In this document: piece by piece, positions 61,842 to 64,000 of the stretch
Layout: every line of letters starts with the position of its first letter
Numbering within the stretch: the stretch's first letter is position 1
Assembly: GCA_963697165.1 (NCBI GenBank)
Contig: CAVOMX010000014.1
Coordinates: forward strand, 69,140-133,139
Direction: 5' to 3'
Length of the DNA: 64,000 nucleotides
Origin: Candidatus Bathyarchaeota archaeon
GTDB taxonomy: Archaea > Thermoproteota > Bathyarchaeia > Bathyarchaeales > Bathyarchaeaceae
Notes under the pieces: generated by a model
Databases searched by the model: none
What the model was told of the DNA's origin: nothing
Seen by the model: only the letters and a program-made list of their open reading frames with translations
Made by a program: the position numbers and the translations under genes

Positions 61842-61979
61842 TTAGCTAAGAATTCTCAAGTTTGCATTTTCATAAATTACTTTTAATCGTTCTGGACTAT
61901 AATCCACATAATACCTCTCTAAGATACCGCTGGGTACTCTTTCACAAAAGTATCAATACGTCTATCAGAAGAACTAAGA
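61842..61979 (-). repeat. Integrase 3'-end remnant (copy 11)
   Basis: SSDRRIDT/FCERVPSGILERYYVDYSPERLKVIYENANLRILS*. Confidence 0.92.
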
Positions 61980-62035
61980 CATCTTCAAATCTGACTAATA
62001 ACATAATACAAAATCTCTTAAAGTAATCATATAAA

Positions 62036-63075
62036 ATGTTTAAATCGGATTCAATCATGTCGAGTCTTCCTGAAGAAATAAGAGAAAAAATAAAACGTTT
62101 AGTTTCAGAGACAACAGATGAGGCTTTTGATTTAATCGTTAATTTGAGTGGGAAGTACGTTAGCAAAAAGAAAATGGGTGATATTAAGAGAGAAGCTGAA
62201 CTTGAAGTAGGACAAGAAATCGAGAAATCTATTGCAAAAGCTTATCAAATTGGGATTAACCTTGAAAATCAATATCAAAATATGAAGTCGGATGTGGAAA
62301 CAGCTAAAGAGAATATTTATTCGATAACAGACTCTGTTTTCAAATCCTTGTATTCTGAAATCCCAGGTGATATACATGCTTTGGATTATTTTTTCCAATT
62401 TTTCGAGGAATTAGATAGAGAATTTCGTTTTGATATGTCCTATCTGTCCACAACCAAATATTCGGAATATCTGGAAGCATTGGAAGAATTAATAGTTGAA
62501 TTGAAAAGAGAAAAAGCTCGGAGAAGTATTTTCGATTTTTTCCGAGTTTAGAAAATCTAACGATCTATATTATAGTTCAAGTAACTCTGCAGAAACTAAT
62601 AAAATATTATGAATTTCTTCAAACCGATTATTCAATAATCAAGAAGAAGCATGTGGATAAATATTTGGAAATTTATGATGAATTATCTGGAGTTTATGAA
62701 AAACTTCTTTCTTTAATCAGAACATTAGTTCATCTTCTGAACTCTGGCTTGAATATTAAATATGAACAATTTAGGAAACAAGGACTTCATAGTAATATTA
62801 AGTATATCCATAAAACAAGATGGCGAATATTTACCTATGGATTTAATACGAATATGAGAAATGCAATTGCACATAAAACATATAAAATTGATATTTTGAA
62901 AGAAAGGATTGAGTATATCGACAGAACAAAAACTCTAATTTTAACTTTCAAAGAAACCCAAGAAAAAACCCGAGAACTAGGCACCCTGATTTTGCTATTT
63001 CCACACTTATTTATTTCGTTTTTCGTTTCAGTAGCATTCTCAATAAAAGAATCGTTACAAAGCTCGCCAAACTAA
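62036..63075 (+). pseudogene. Split hypothetical protein with HEPN-like motif
   Basis: Two co-oriented ORFs (62036-62551, 62653-63075); MRNAIAH R-x4-H motif. Confidence 0.5.
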
Positions 63076-63198
63076 TAAAATGGGGGGGATCTCTCAATTA
63101 CCAAACCTTGGCAAACTGTAGAGCATGGAAGAAAAAACGTGCAGAGTTCATTAAAGGAAAGAAATAAAATAATTTATTTTCTTTTGAGGATTGAAAAT

Positions 63199-64000
63199 AT
63201 GAGTTTAGAATACAAAAAAAAGAATTATAAAAAATTCATTGAAAGTGAATCCTTTACAATTTCGACTTTTACTCAATTGTTGCTTTTCCGTCGAAATATA
63301 AATGCCTTATACCAATTAATAAACTCTGAAACTAAACTTTTAGATGACTTACTAACTTCCGAAGATAAAACTAATTCTTTTGAAAAAAATGAAAAAATTG
63401 GATTCATTCACCTGGATATTATGAGTAAAGTTATGATGATGATAGAGGGTTTATCTGCCTTACTTTTTGCTTTGAGTAAAGGAAAAAAAAGGTAGCTAAA
63501 ATAATGTCCTACTATTCCCCTGCAATAGTTAGAAAACTTGTAAAATATTTTTAGATGACAATCGTGAAAACAAAGAATTGTTATGGAACTTATTGGCATT
63601 TCCTGATTTAAATCAAATAAAATCTTTAGATAGCGAAGAAAAGTGTTTAATAAAAAAATATCTTGAGCGAAACTCTTGAAATTTGGAACATAAACTTGAG
63701 ATGTTTGTTAAGTTTTTACCTTTCCAACTCGATTGGATACAATAAGTTCAAACATGGATTGTCTTTTCTATTCCCAATTATTGAACTTCCATCAAATAGT
63801 ATAGAAGAAATGAAAATACCAATGATATTGACGTTGCGCCGAGCAAGAGGGAGTTCCAAAAAGTGGTAATGTGTTAAAAGTTGAGGAAGATTTTTTCCCA
63901 AAAGAATTTGAATGGTTTAATACTGTTCAGTTTAATTCCAATTGGAATGAAAAATCCAAACATCTTGAAGAATCTCTCAAATCTTGCCGATTTGAACTAT
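63199..64000 (+). pseudogene. Fragmented hypothetical gene
   Basis: Several short co-oriented ORF pieces with stops/frameshifts; YNKFKHG motif. Confidence 0.4.

Larger units (their letters stand above)
57810..64000. mobile_element. Integrated element at tRNA-Phe copy 2, extends beyond the window
   Basis: int(N), wHTH/AbrB regulators, small MGE-like ORFs, integrase tail, AT-rich decayed cargo. Confidence 0.8.

Overview
Archaeal genomic window, most consistent with Bathyarchaeia (inference from gene content: archaeal r-proteins, Alba, BHB tRNA introns at non-canonical positions, CxHYFGYL small proteins). 1-39.8 kb is mostly core genome: PEP carboxykinase, tRNA-Thr, uppP, aIF-1A, Alba, a type IV pilus locus, an ABC exporter, housekeeping enzymes and the uL22-to-cmk ribosomal superoperon. 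That operon has several oddities: uL5 and uS3 share a low-complexity extension, an Hsp20 gene is inserted, eL34 has lost its Zn ligands, adk is reduced to a remnant and uL15 is frameshifted. 40-64 kb is an accessory zone built around tRNA-Ala(GGC), tRNA-Val(GAC), tRNA-Val(CAC) and a tandem tRNA-Phe(GAA) pair. Three tRNA-anchored islands carry split SSV1-type integrase fragments, and two of them have visible att repeats. The main finding is at least 11 clear and 2 weak copies of only the 3' end of a tyrosine integrase (consensus ~FCGRxPxSxLGRHYTDYSPERLKEIYEKANLKxL*). All point toward the anchoring tRNA and separate 1-2 unrelated cargo genes, giving an integron-like cassette array. All calls were made by eye without database searches, and several frameshifts may be sequencing errors.
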